In this document: positions 1-9,136 of the stretch, piece after piece
How positions within the stretch are numbered: position 1 is the stretch's first letter
Layout: each line of letters starts with the position of its first letter
IMG/VR virus record: IMGVR_UViG_3300008108_000023
Span: 1-64,000 of that record
DNA length: 64,000 nucleotides
Strand: one strand, 5' to 3'
Source of the DNA: a virus
Lineage: Duplodnaviria > Heunggongvirae > Uroviricota > Caudoviricetes
Made by a program: the position numbers and the translations under genes
Notes under the pieces: model-generated
What the model saw: only the letters and a program-made list of their open reading frames with translations
The model's database searches: none
Told to the model about the DNA's origin: nothing

Positions 1-80
1 TTTTTCCATTAAAATGAACCTCGGGCACCGGAACCGGGAATTTTTTCCACTATAACGACGTTTTTTGAAAATATTTTCCA

Positions 81-272
81 CTATCGGTGGTCTTCTATTT
101 GTTTGATGATTGAAAAGTTTATGGGGAAATAGTTCTCATCACCATCCTCGGTCTGTAAAAAATAATGGTTTCTACCTACCTCGAATTTAACCACATCGTA
201 TATTGTGTACTCAGCCCAATACTGTGTGGTTGCCGATTGTAATAAAACTTTTATGTTATAGTGTTTAAGCAT
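81..272 (-). CDS. hypothetical small protein
   Basis: 63-aa ORF in the minus-strand array, tightly abutting the next ORF (274..489). Confidence 0.4.
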   Translation of the reverse strand: MLKHYNIKVLLQSATTQYWAEYTIYDVVKFEVGRNHYFLQTEDGDENYFPINFSIIKQIEDHR

Positions 273-273
273 A

Positions 274-489
274 TTATGATTCGTTTGTATTTTTTTCCCT
301 TACTTCTATGTACCTGTGTAAAATGATAAGACCGAGTAAACTGATAACGAAAGAAATGGTTGGAATATTTGAAATGATAAGTAAACCAAGACATATCCCA
401 TAAAGAAAATCATTCCATCTTCTACGCAATAGGGATACTAAGATATAGAATCCGTACATTATTGATATTAAGATGGTGATGATAGCCAT
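274..489 (-). CDS. hypothetical membrane protein (2 predicted TM helices)
   Basis: 71-aa ORF with two hydrophobic stretches; packed with neighbouring minus-strand ORFs. Confidence 0.4.
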   Translation of the reverse strand: MAIITILISIMYGFYILVSLLRRRWNDFLYGICLGLLIISNIPTISFVISLLGLIILHRYIEVREKNTNES

Positions 490-690
490 GTCCTTTTGTT
501 TTTAACAAAAATAACCAATTAATTTGAATATTCCAAAAAATCTTAATTATTTTCTCGTAAGGTATTGTTTAATTGTTCTAAAGAGTTGTTCAATTGAATC
601 AAACTGTAATTGTAATTCTCCATGACTCTGGCTAAACTTTCTATGGTCATTCTTAAACTTACCAACGGGTCGGCATATCCCCTTAATAAT

Positions 691-912
691 TTAAAATCCT
701 CCATCTTCGTTCTCCATATGTTTGAGATAGTCCTCGATAAAATTATCTACAATTCCCGACGACCTTTTGGTTTCAGGTACTGGTTGGTTGTTCAATCTTG
801 ATTCGTAGTAACGAATGATTTCTGATACACTTACACCAGACCTTACACAACCATCCAACAGATTTGTGAATCGGTTTTTGGTGTCATTTAATGCTTGTTC
901 TTTTTGTGTCAT
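691..912 (-). CDS. hypothetical protein
   Basis: 73-aa ORF; part of a tight minus-strand array. Confidence 0.45.
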   Translation of the reverse strand: MTQKEQALNDTKNRFTNLLDGCVRSGVSVSEIIRYYESRLNNQPVPETKRSSGIVDNFIEDYLKHMENEDGGF

Positions 913-1102
913 GTTCTATTACTTTTGGTTCCTGTATTCCTTTTTCTTTTAAATGTTGGATTGCCATTTCCACCGTTTCGTGTTTTCTGTAAGGAGGATT
1001 TGGTAATAACCCACAACCTTCCTTATATACAAAAACATTTTTCTGACAACCGAATGTAATAATCTTTTCCATATTGATTTTTATCCATTGGTTACACCAC
1101 AC
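884..1102 (-). CDS. hypothetical protein
   Basis: 72-aa ORF with short overlap to both flanking ORFs, as expected for a phage early-gene array. Confidence 0.4.
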   Translation of the reverse strand: MWCNQWIKINMEKIITFGCQKNVFVYKEGCGLLPNPPYRKHETVEMAIQHLKEKGIQEPKVIEHDTKRTSIK

Positions 1103-1302
1103 TTGTGTTTGTGTTCAACATACCACATTATTCTAAAAGTACCCAAAACAAAAAAGTATGTATCAAATTCATTTATCTCATCGGTTGATTTACAAATCCC
1201 CGTGTGATATGCCGGTATTTTGGTCTCGATACTTTTAGCCGACTTAGGAAAAGTATTAAACGCAATACTATATCTCTTTGTTAGTTTGAATGATTTATAC
1301 AT
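1081..1302 (-). CDS. hypothetical protein
   Basis: 73-aa ORF. Confidence 0.4.
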   Translation of the reverse strand: MYKSFKLTKRYSIAFNTFPKSAKSIETKIPAYHTGICKSTDEINEFDTYFFVLGTFRIMWYVEHKHKCGVTNG

Positions 1303-1307
1303 ATTAT

Positions 1308-1483
1308 TCTAATTTACTGTTAAACAATTCTATGGCCTTCTCTTTATCTTTTTCTTGAAAGATGTTATCAATAATAAACTTGGCTTCTTCCATTGTGCAC
1401 TTATCTTCAATGACATCAATGTATGTTTCTACATCAACACCCAATTCCCCCGCCATAAGTTCATCCATCAAATCATGAAACAT
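1308..1483 (-). CDS. small acidic protein (below 60-aa ORF-track cutoff)
   Basis: ATG at 1483..1481 right after the stop of 1485..1673; reads MFHDLMDELMAGELGVDVETYIDVIEDKCTMEEAKFIIDNIFQEKDKEKAIELFNSKLE; fills an otherwise empty 180-bp gap. Confidence 0.3.
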
Positions 1484-1484
1484 A

Positions 1485-1673
1485 TTACTCTGATTTAGTT
1501 TCTATACCGTTTTTCCAATCTTTCCAATTATCAAAATCTTTCAGTTTTTCATAATGGTCATCTTCCATTTTTCTTGCTTCGTTTAGTATATCGTCATAAA
1601 TTCCACTATACCTCGTATCCAATTGAAGTTTGGTGATTAACCAATTTACCGGTGTTAGTTTTTCGTTACTCAT
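1485..1673 (-). CDS. hypothetical protein
   Basis: 62-aa ORF; start overlaps the stop of 1666..2508. Confidence 0.45.
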   Translation of the reverse strand: MSNEKLTPVNWLITKLQLDTRYSGIYDDILNEARKMEDDHYEKLKDFDNWKDWKNGIETKSE

Positions 1674-2508
1674 TTGTATTTTTTAATCTTTTTATTATAT
1701 CGGTCATTCTTGTAAACATTTCCATACCCACAGGGATGGATAAGAGGGAAACCAAAAATTGATTTATATAAGAATACATTGCAATGGCTTCACCTTGTGT
1801 TAGTTTCACATTTTCGTGAGTGAAAATGATTAATGATAAAACCAAGAAGATGGTCTTTACCATATTGAGTGAAGTCCAATTCTTTCCTTGTAGGGTGGAT
1901 GCTGAAATCCAAATCCTTCTTCTCCTTTTAAAGAATGAATCAATCAAACCTCTATCGTTTGTGTTGAGCACATCCATTTTCTTTTCGTGTTGGTTGTGAC
2001 TAATTTTTGTGGACTGAGCAATCTTACCGTAGAACTTCCATACAATAAAACAAATGAACGGAGCACATAACAATACAATAAAACCAGTAACCACGTGGGA
2101 CATGAATATAAAAAACAATGTTCCAATTATGGAAAGTATTGACATTATATAATAGTGTATGTGGTGTTCCAAGAAATCCACAATACTATGTGCTAAATCC
2201 GTTCTACCCAACCTCGTTGAGACATCCGAATCCTCTGAACTATCCAAATAGTTAAACACAATATCATTGTAGATAGATGTGTAAATCTTGGTGTCAAATA
2301 CCATACGTTTATAAATGAAAAAATTGGAGAGAGATTCTATTAAAAGAAAAACCCCAATCCAATAATACTCCTTATTCAATAAACCATCTATTGATTTACC
2401 CAACACATAGGGTTCAACCAAGAAAATGATTTGTGCAATAAAGATGTAGAAGTATATTAATAATAATGACCTCTTATATTTTTCAATAATTTTATAAACG
2501 TACCGCAA
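1666..2508 (-). CDS. polytopic membrane protein
   Basis: 280-aa ORF with at least 6 hydrophobic TM-like segments. Confidence 0.55.
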   Translation of the reverse strand: MRYVYKIIEKYKRSLLLIYFYIFIAQIIFLVEPYVLGKSIDGLLNKEYYWIGVFLLIESLSNFFIYKRMVFDTKIYTSIYNDIVFNYLDSSEDSDVSTRLGRTDLAHSIVDFLEHHIHYYIMSILSIIGTLFFIFMSHVVTGFIVLLCAPFICFIVWKFYGKIAQSTKISHNQHEKKMDVLNTNDRGLIDSFFKRRRRIWISASTLQGKNWTSLNMVKTIFLVLSLIIFTHENVKLTQGEAIAMYSYINQFLVSLLSIPVGMEMFTRMTDIIKRLKNTNE

Positions 2509-2638
2509 AGTGAAATGAGATTTATTTTATTCTTTATCAAAATAAGTTGTGAATAGTGATAACAACGCAATACAAACGCATAAACCGATTACGATTATTC
2601 CAACTACTTGTGCTACTGGATGTAAATTTTCCATAATA

Positions 2639-3334
2639 TTAACAATTAACTCTTACTTTGTAGGTTTTTTCGACATCGTTAGTCATATTACCCATAATCA
2701 AAATATACATTTTTTCATTTGGAATACCAAATAACGATTTAATATCACTATCGGTTGGATAAACTTCCAATTCATCCACACCAATAAACTTGACATTATC
2801 GATGAGTTCTCTCATCTCATATAATGACAAATGAACACCGTGAACAACAATGAAGTGTTTATTGGGATAAGTGTACTCACCATTTTCTTCTTCACCACAT
2901 TCTACCTTACCTTCCCCATCACAGTCATCACATTCGGTTTCGTGTCCACAACAATTACACTCAACAGTCCCGTGTCCATCACATTGATAACATTCCTTAT
3001 ATTTTTTGTCAAACTCAGGAATCATCTTGATGTCTTCATAAACTTTTTCAAGGTCAGATACTTTAATTCTCCCGAATGGTTTTGAATCACCTTCATAAAA
3101 TTTACGAAACTCAAACATGACAGGTTGGGCGTTGACACCATTACCTTTGCTGTGGTCATGTATGTTTTCATTATTAATGTAGTCGACATCATGAAACCAC
3201 AACGCTTTGTATGAGTTGGTTGAAACTACCCACCCATTTTCATAACAAACAGGTTTCATGATTGGGTCTCTCCAATCATCTTTTGACGACCAAGATTCTA
3301 CGAACCTTACGTAATTTGGATTTTCTTTTATCAT
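2639..3334 (-). CDS. protein with DnaJ-type CxxCxGxG zinc-finger cluster
   Basis: CYQCDGHG...CNCCGHE...CDDCDGEG repeats (CxxCxGxG x3) in the middle of a 231-aa ORF. Confidence 0.55.
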   Translation of the reverse strand: MIKENPNYVRFVESWSSKDDWRDPIMKPVCYENGWVVSTNSYKALWFHDVDYINNENIHDHSKGNGVNAQPVMFEFRKFYEGDSKPFGRIKVSDLEKVYEDIKMIPEFDKKYKECYQCDGHGTVECNCCGHETECDDCDGEGKVECGEEENGEYTYPNKHFIVVHGVHLSLYEMRELIDNVKFIGVDELEVYPTDSDIKSLFGIPNEKMYILIMGNMTNDVEKTYKVRVNC

Positions 3335-3335
3335 A

Positions 3336-3983
3336 TTAATCTAATGAATTTGGTAAATAAAGTAGTGTGGGGTTTTTCTTTTGAATATCTAATTCAGGGT
3401 ATCTCTCCTTAAACTTCATCACATCAAATTTTTTGGTAATTAAGTGGTGTCCGTTCTTTGTTGGGATTACAGCCTCAACCTTTGGTCCCACCTTGTAACC
3501 AATTGGAACACCGGCTTCATCAAATTCAACTTCAGTAAATGGTTTACATTCATATTCAATAAATGCAACCATCATTGGACTCATCTCTTTTACATCATCA
3601 ACATCCACTATCCAACGTTTCTCCTGTGTCTTTAACTGACCAACAACGCTATCAAATAATCCTTTCTGATTATGTTGTCCATTCTGAATACGTTGAGCGA
3701 GGTCAACCATCATATTCAATGAAACATCAAAGTGATTTTGTTTTTGAACGTGGATGTATGCCCTCGCCTTAAACATCTCACACAGTTGTTTAATCTCATC
3801 GTACCTACGTTCAAGATGTTCGATACTTTCAATACAGTAAGTCTTAATTGTTCTCACCGATTGGTGATTATCTCTCTCCCCTTCGGGTTGGTCTTTCTTT
3901 CGTTTGAAAATGTAGAGCATATAGAAGTCACCCTCGTTTTCGAAGTTGAGTAATGACTTAACTAATTCTATATTATCTATCAT
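3336..3983 (-). CDS. hypothetical protein
   Basis: 215-aa ORF; start 1 nt after the stop of the downstream gene. Confidence 0.55.
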   Translation of the reverse strand: MIDNIELVKSLLNFENEGDFYMLYIFKRKKDQPEGERDNHQSVRTIKTYCIESIEHLERRYDEIKQLCEMFKARAYIHVQKQNHFDVSLNMMVDLAQRIQNGQHNQKGLFDSVVGQLKTQEKRWIVDVDDVKEMSPMMVAFIEYECKPFTEVEFDEAGVPIGYKVGPKVEAVIPTKNGHHLITKKFDVMKFKERYPELDIQKKNPTLLYLPNSLD

Positions 3984-4252
3984 TACAGAGACTGTACTTT
4001 TTTCATAATCTCTGTAACTTGTTCAGGTTCTAAATAACCAAGGACATCGCTGGTTATTGGTGTTTCGTAGGTGAGGTCACCATTTTTATCTAAGACCGCA
4101 AGTTCATACAAACCATCCTTACCACCGTAGGAGTATGTGTGAGAAACGACAGATACCCCGTATCCATTATCAAATTGTGTACGTACCTTTTTACCAACCA
4201 TAAATGGGGATTCATCGATTTGTTCGAATTCTAAATCGTTAAATGTTTTCAT
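3983..4252 (-). CDS. hypothetical protein
   Basis: 89-aa ORF. Confidence 0.5.
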   Translation of the reverse strand: MKTFNDLEFEQIDESPFMVGKKVRTQFDNGYGVSVVSHTYSYGGKDGLYELAVLDKNGDLTYETPITSDVLGYLEPEQVTEIMKKVQSL

Positions 4253-4267
4253 ATAATTAAATTAGTT

Positions 4268-4546
4268 TTATTCTGCAAGAATTGCTTCGTCAAACATACT
4301 ACCATCCTCTCTTTGTTTTGTAACAATTTGAGCGTTTACTCTTACACCTGAAGAGTAAAATTCCGACATCCATTTAGATTTTGGAATTGATTCCTCATTA
4401 ACAGGTATTTCTGTATATTCATCGTCGAACATTAAGATGTATCTAAAGAACCATCGGTCTTTAAATTTGTAAATTGTACCAGTGCACATAGTTTCTTTCT
4501 CTAAGTTGTTTGATTTGTATATTCTCATAGTTTGGTTTTCCTTCAC
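4268..4546 (-). CDS. hypothetical protein
   Basis: 92-aa ORF. Confidence 0.5.
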   Translation of the reverse strand: MKENQTMRIYKSNNLEKETMCTGTIYKFKDRWFFRYILMFDDEYTEIPVNEESIPKSKWMSEFYSSGVRVNAQIVTKQREDGSMFDEAILAE

Positions 4547-4621
4547 CTATTAAGTATTATCAAAGTCACAATAATTACGATAATACCAATTAATGACCAA
4601 AAAGCCATTTTTTCACTAAAT

Positions 4622-4888
4622 TCAATTTGTTCCTTCCTCTTTCCTTGGTTGTCCATTGTATGTAGTTTTAGGTGTTTCAATCTCCCAATACCCCACGATG
4701 AAGTATTGATTACGACCAACAGGAGAAACTTCATACTTTTTTCCACGAGCAATGGATGCATTAGTCACAACACAGTCCATTTGTTTGTATAAAACCCGTT
4801 GACCTATATAAAATGTGTTCATAGATACATAAAGATTAAAAATCCAAATCCTATACCTGCTAAGAAGTACACCAAGTTGTTCAACCAA
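4622..4888 (-). CDS. hypothetical protein
   Basis: 88-aa ORF. The competing overlapping ORF 4543..4761 more likely contains only a short C-terminal TM peptide. Confidence 0.4.
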   Translation of the reverse strand: MVEQLGVLLSRYRIWIFNLYVSMNTFYIGQRVLYKQMDCVVTNASIARGKKYEVSPVGRNQYFIVGYWEIETPKTTYNGQPRKEEGTN

Positions 4889-5325
4889 AAGGGATATCTT
4901 TCCATAATCACATTTTTCTTCAAATATAAAAATTTTTTTGTGAAATCCAAAAAAATCACAAAAAAAAACACCCTAATTTATCCAACTTTCAGGTGTTATG
5001 GTTGTCCCCGTTGCCGGGTTAGGAATAGACTTACAGGGGCACGTTGTTCTTTATCACCCTTTTGGTATTCCCCGCGGATAGTCAGTCCGAATAAGACGTT
5101 GTCTTATTATCAGTCCTCTACGGTTATCACACCGTTTCTCATCATGTGAGGCACACTATCCGATGATTAATCGGAACGTTTCTTTAGATATTCTTTTCTT
5201 GTTCTATATTCCCCTACTTTGTAACCAGCGAGAAACCAAAGAGAGAATCCTATGTATACTAAAATAACTGTCATAATTAATTTTGATACAAATATAATGT
5301 ATATTTTTTAATATGCAAAAATATT

Positions 5326-5514
5326 TTAATTTTTTTTGAAGTGTCTTTTACTACCTTCACAAATATTGTCTTTGGAAACGTCCCATATGTTTTTTTGAAC
5401 CATATGACAAGCGTGTGATTTACCCATTCGTTTAGAAAAATGGATGATGGTGTCATTATTATTATTTCTGACAACCCATGGACATTCCTTACAAGGTGAA
5501 CTAGTTTTCTTCAA
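5326..5514 (-). CDS. small Cys/His-rich protein
   Basis: 62-aa ORF with CKECPW...CHM...C residues; preferred over overlapping 5277..5474. Confidence 0.35.
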   Translation of the reverse strand: MKKTSSPCKECPWVVRNNNNDTIIHFSKRMGKSHACHMVQKNIWDVSKDNICEGSKRHFKKN

Positions 5515-6085
5515 ATTTAAAAATGTCTACCTGAGAGGATTTACCCCAGTTGTCCAAAAAATCAGAGGGTTCCATGGATTCACCCTTAAAAAATATTCTA
5601 TCGATGTAATCCCAGTCCCCATCAGGAAAGTCGACAGAACCGTGACAGTAGGTAAAATCTTCAATGGTTGGAACCGTTTCAGATTCAATTTCATATTCCC
5701 AAATACCACCTTTGTTTTCGTCAACACTCACATAGATATTTTCACCCTTTTCCATTGGGAATGCTCGGTGTGAAATATAATCATCCCAATCCTCATTCAC
5801 TGAAGAGATTGTTTGAATATCTTCAATACCAAAAGATAGTACGTTGTTACCATTTTCATCTTCAAGTTCAAAGGTCATTGTTTGGTTATCCAATGCTTTG
5901 TTTACGTGAAAGATGTCACCATCGTAAATGTCAATATCTAAACTTTCCAAGTCAAATCTAGTTTCCCAAAGTTCATCGTACTCTTTTTCTTCTTTTAAGA
6001 GTTCAATTTGTTCAACCTGTTCGTCAGTGAGTTTTTTACCGATAAACTCGGCGCTCCATCCATAAGTTTTTAGCGTATACTTCAT
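5501..6085 (-). CDS. acidic hypothetical protein
   Basis: 194-aa, D/E-rich ORF. Confidence 0.55.
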   Translation of the reverse strand: MKYTLKTYGWSAEFIGKKLTDEQVEQIELLKEEKEYDELWETRFDLESLDIDIYDGDIFHVNKALDNQTMTFELEDENGNNVLSFGIEDIQTISSVNEDWDDYISHRAFPMEKGENIYVSVDENKGGIWEYEIESETVPTIEDFTYCHGSVDFPDGDWDYIDRIFFKGESMEPSDFLDNWGKSSQVDIFKFEEN

Positions 6086-6087
6086 GT

Positions 6088-6384
6088 TTATCTTATTAAT
6101 TTTACTGTTGGTATTAAAAAATCATCATAATGTTTATGAGATAAAATATCCCATGAACTTGGATGTCTTTCCTTGAATATTTCTTGTCTTTCCAAAAGTG
6201 ACAGTGGTAAGGTACAATCCTCACCGAACATATACCAAAGTTCATAATCATTGATTATCCTTTGTGCAAATTCAGTAAGACTCTTGATTTTTACTTCTCT
6301 CAGGTATTCCCTATTTATACCTAAGTTATCATACCACTTGATATATTCTTGGTATGCTTCTTTGACTTTTTTGTGTACCACCAT
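6088..6384 (-). CDS. hypothetical protein
   Basis: 98-aa ORF. Confidence 0.5.
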   Translation of the reverse strand: MVVHKKVKEAYQEYIKWYDNLGINREYLREVKIKSLTEFAQRIINDYELWYMFGEDCTLPLSLLERQEIFKERHPSSWDILSHKHYDDFLIPTVKLIR

Positions 6385-6396
6385 ACAAAGATAATA

Positions 6397-6705
6397 TTAA
6401 AATTGTTGTGTTCTACCGATAAATCTTTTCGCCATCTCAACCCTAACTTCACCATTCTCCCTGTCAAATATTGGAGGTTCTACAAATTCACCCGACCTAC
6501 TTTTTAAACGGTAGTATAGATTAGTTTCTTCATATTCATAGAACTGATTTTTGTTTAGGTATTTTTTTAAATCTAATATCTCCTTATCACTACAACCTTT
6601 TGAAATCAACACCATCAACATTCTATCACAGAATGCAATAGATACTAAATTCCACTTGTAGTGTGGTTGTAAATACTCGTATACCTCAATGTTGGTGTGA
6701 AGCAT
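6397..6705 (-). CDS. hypothetical protein
   Basis: 102-aa ORF. Confidence 0.5.
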   Translation of the reverse strand: MLHTNIEVYEYLQPHYKWNLVSIAFCDRMLMVLISKGCSDKEILDLKKYLNKNQFYEYEETNLYYRLKSRSGEFVEPPIFDRENGEVRVEMAKRFIGRTQQF

Positions 6706-6831
6706 AGTGATTTATTTTTTTCGGATGTTTTCATTGATTGCATACAAAAGTATGCAAATGATAAATAATAAAAGTACAATCATGAGTCAATATTAAGAAG
6801 AATATTTTAAATTTCAAAATTTTTTTTGAAA

Positions 6832-7569
6832 TCACCAATAACCAATATCTTTTTTGAAATATTCTTCGTTTTCCCTATTCAAAAAGGACTTAATGATTAG
6901 TTTAATCATTCCCAAATACCCCATTTTCTTGAATCTACGGTCATCTTGACCAACGTAATGTTCGGATATTTTAAACTTTTTTGAATTGTATTTCCTACTT
7001 AAACCATAGTCTTCACTGTGTTGGTATTCCTCATTAAATTTACCTAATTCTCTAAATTTATCAGTTTTTGTCAAGAAAAAGGTACCAACAGCGAATGGAC
7101 TGAATTTACTAATAATATTATTAACGGAATTAAAACAAACGAATACCAATTTGGACTTCCAATTTTTAGATGTTGATTTTATTTTACATGTCATCAAATC
7201 CAAATCTTCCAAAATCATTTCCTCAATACAGTCGTGAATTGTAATTGAATTGAAGAATTGGATGTCAGCATCCACAAATAAAACATATTCAGTATTAACC
7301 AAATCACTCCCTAAATTTCTTGCTTCACCAACTTTACCACCGTCAATCATTTCTATCTTAAGTCTATCAGAGTACATCATAGACATATTATTGATAATCG
7401 CCCTTGTTCGGTCTGTTGAATGGTTATCAGCAATGATTACTCTTGTACCATCAATTAAAACTTGTTTGTGTATTGAGTCGAGAGTCTTCTTAATATACTT
7501 GTCTTCATTGTAACATGGAATTACAATGGTTAGTTTGTTTTTTATTTTTGTTGGTTTATAAAGTGGCAT
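6832..7569 (-). CDS. family-2 glycosyltransferase
   Basis: N-terminal LTIVIPCYNE motif and DxD-like VDAD, typical of the GT2 (GT-A) fold. Confidence 0.7.
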   Translation of the reverse strand: MPLYKPTKIKNKLTIVIPCYNEDKYIKKTLDSIHKQVLIDGTRVIIADNHSTDRTRAIINNMSMMYSDRLKIEMIDGGKVGEARNLGSDLVNTEYVLFVDADIQFFNSITIHDCIEEMILEDLDLMTCKIKSTSKNWKSKLVFVCFNSVNNIISKFSPFAVGTFFLTKTDKFRELGKFNEEYQHSEDYGLSRKYNSKKFKISEHYVGQDDRRFKKMGYLGMIKLIIKSFLNRENEEYFKKDIGYW

Positions 7570-8251
7570 ATCTCTGAAGTTTAAAATCCCCGTTATGATG
7601 TATTATGTAAGTATTGTTTTCTATCCAATCCCCACAATTTAAATACCTCACACCCTCAATAATTTTATCTTCAGGATTGTGTATGTGACCACATATCACA
7701 GTGTCACACTCTCTTTTTTTTGCCTGTCTAACCAGTTCTACCTCAAAACTCGTAATAAATTTAACAGCCTCTTTAACACTGTCCTTTAAAAATTTAGAAA
7801 GGGACCTCTTATGTCCAAATTTTTTTAGAGTCCTATCTATAGAAATCGCAATATCGTAACCAATGGAACCTAAAATACCTAACCATTTTAACTTAACCAC
7901 ACCATCATAAAGGTCTCCATGGGTAATAAATACATTACCATATTTGTATTCATTACAAATTTCAATGTTACCAAAAGATAAGTCCGTATATTGTCTTAAA
8001 AATTCATCATGATTACCAGTAACATAAATTACTTGAGTACCTCTTTTGGAATGTGATAATATTTTTCTTATCACATTGGTGTCGTTTTGTTTCCATCTGA
8101 ACTTCCTCTGTAACATCCAACCATCTATGATATCACCAACTAAAAACAAATAAGTTGGTTCATATTTTTTTAGGACTTCAAGCACCATTTCAGAATTACT
8201 ACCCTTAGTACCAAGGTGAACATCTGAAATAAAAAGTGCATCTATTTTCAT
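7556..8251 (-). CDS. LpxH-like calcineurin-type metallophosphoesterase
   Basis: LFISDVHLG, LVGDIIDGW, GNHDE and GHIHNPE motifs, very similar to the UDP-2,3-diacylglucosamine hydrolase (LpxH) family. Confidence 0.7.
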   Translation of the reverse strand: MKIDALFISDVHLGTKGSNSEMVLEVLKKYEPTYLFLVGDIIDGWMLQRKFRWKQNDTNVIRKILSHSKRGTQVIYVTGNHDEFLRQYTDLSFGNIEICNEYKYGNVFITHGDLYDGVVKLKWLGILGSIGYDIAISIDRTLKKFGHKRSLSKFLKDSVKEAVKFITSFEVELVRQAKKRECDTVICGHIHNPEDKIIEGVRYLNCGDWIENNTYIIHHNGDFKLQRYATL

Positions 8252-8276
8252 ATCTATAATTATCTCAATTAAATGA

Positions 8277-8741
8277 TTACAAATTTATTTCTATGATTTG
8301 TCCTTTATCTCTTTTAAACAAAAATCTATAAATTTTTACAAACAAATGTATAATAGACATTTTAAATGCATATGTGAATCCGCTACTGACATTTGTCAAC
8401 CTATAAACGGTAATTAATAGTGAATCGTCAAAATGTCTTTTTAAAATAAAGTACCTATGATAACCATCAAAAATATAATTTTTGTTTGTTAGATAGATGT
8501 GACCCTTATTATAATCAAACCCTCTTTCTATTATATCTAATTCAATTTGTTTATGTATTGGTTTTAAATGAATTGATTTTACTCTTGTTTTAATTTCGGA
8601 CATTGGTATTGTCTCTACTTTGACTTTAAAGCACCACCATTTATTACAAAAGAAATCACCGTCGTGCCTTTTTAACAATTCGGAATTATATCTTCTATCA
8701 ACAACTACTTTTATTTTTTCTAAAAAAGTCATATCCACCAT
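8277..8741 (-). CDS. possible ParB-like nuclease domain protein
   Basis: IFDGYHRY motif resembles the ParB/Srx DGxHR signature; otherwise unassigned. Confidence 0.4.
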   Translation of the reverse strand: MVDMTFLEKIKVVVDRRYNSELLKRHDGDFFCNKWWCFKVKVETIPMSEIKTRVKSIHLKPIHKQIELDIIERGFDYNKGHIYLTNKNYIFDGYHRYFILKRHFDDSLLITVYRLTNVSSGFTYAFKMSIIHLFVKIYRFLFKRDKGQIIEINL

Positions 8742-8945
8742 TTATTCCCCTAACTCAAGATTATTTTTGCGTTTAGTCATTTCGTTAAAAACCTCAATTG
8801 ACAAATTCGCCCTAAAATCATCTCTAGCACACTCATGGGGACTTAATTTTAAAAGTCTGTTCGCAACCTCATCTCTCCACTCGTGAAAGAATCCTTCATT
8901 AAAAGCCATCCATCCATAAAATTCGTGAGTTTCTGCGTTGTTCAT
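8742..8945 (-). CDS. hypothetical protein
   Basis: 67-aa ORF directly upstream of 8277..8741. Confidence 0.45.
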   Translation of the reverse strand: MNNAETHEFYGWMAFNEGFFHEWRDEVANRLLKLSPHECARDDFRANLSIEVFNEMTKRKNNLELGE

Positions 8946-8956
8946 TTATTGTCGAT

Positions 8957-9136
8957 TTAAAATTTTGAGGCAATCATATACCCCAAACAAAATGATGAGG
9001 TCACAGCAACCCAATAAAATAATGATTTAATTTTAAATGCTGTTCGATTGTGCTCTCCGTTTATGGTTGTTGCAGTTGCAAACAACCAGGTTACAATTAG
9101 AAACAATATACCAAATGTTAATAAAACTATTTTCAT
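8957..9136 (-). CDS. small 2-TM membrane protein (below ORF-track cutoff)
   Basis: 59-aa ORF reading MKIVLLTFGILFLIVTWLFATATT...FYWVAVTSSFCLGYMIASKF in the divergent gap 8946-9174. Confidence 0.3.
   Translation of the reverse strand: MKIVLLTFGILFLIVTWLFATATTINGEHNRTAFKIKSLFYWVAVTSSFCLGYMIASKF

Noticed and set aside
2549-4792. Antisense or overlapping small ORFs (for example 2549..2734+, 2831..3085+, 3444..3953+, 4532..4792+, 5444..5961+, 7250..7513+, 8620..8886+, 16081..16640+, 24419..24951, 30087..30903+, 32294..32545+, 44005..44724-, 50635..50952-, 53647..53859+, 60148..60737+)
   Set aside because: They lie antisense to or embedded in longer ORFs with recognisable domains. They show low-complexity hydrophobic composition typical of AT-rich antisense frames.
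4799-5149. 116-aa plus-strand ORF over the GC-rich intergenic island
   Set aside because: Composition is implausible for a protein (CYGCPRCRVRNRLTGARCSL...) and tracks the local GC-rich inverted repeats. It is better explained as non-coding structured DNA or RNA.
4889-5276. tRNA, tmRNA or other standard RNA gene in the large intergenic gaps (also 57112-57284)
   Set aside because: No cloverleaf with a GTTC(R)A T-loop or CCA-adjacent acceptor stem could be drawn on either strand by eye. This needs tRNAscan/Infernal to be sure.
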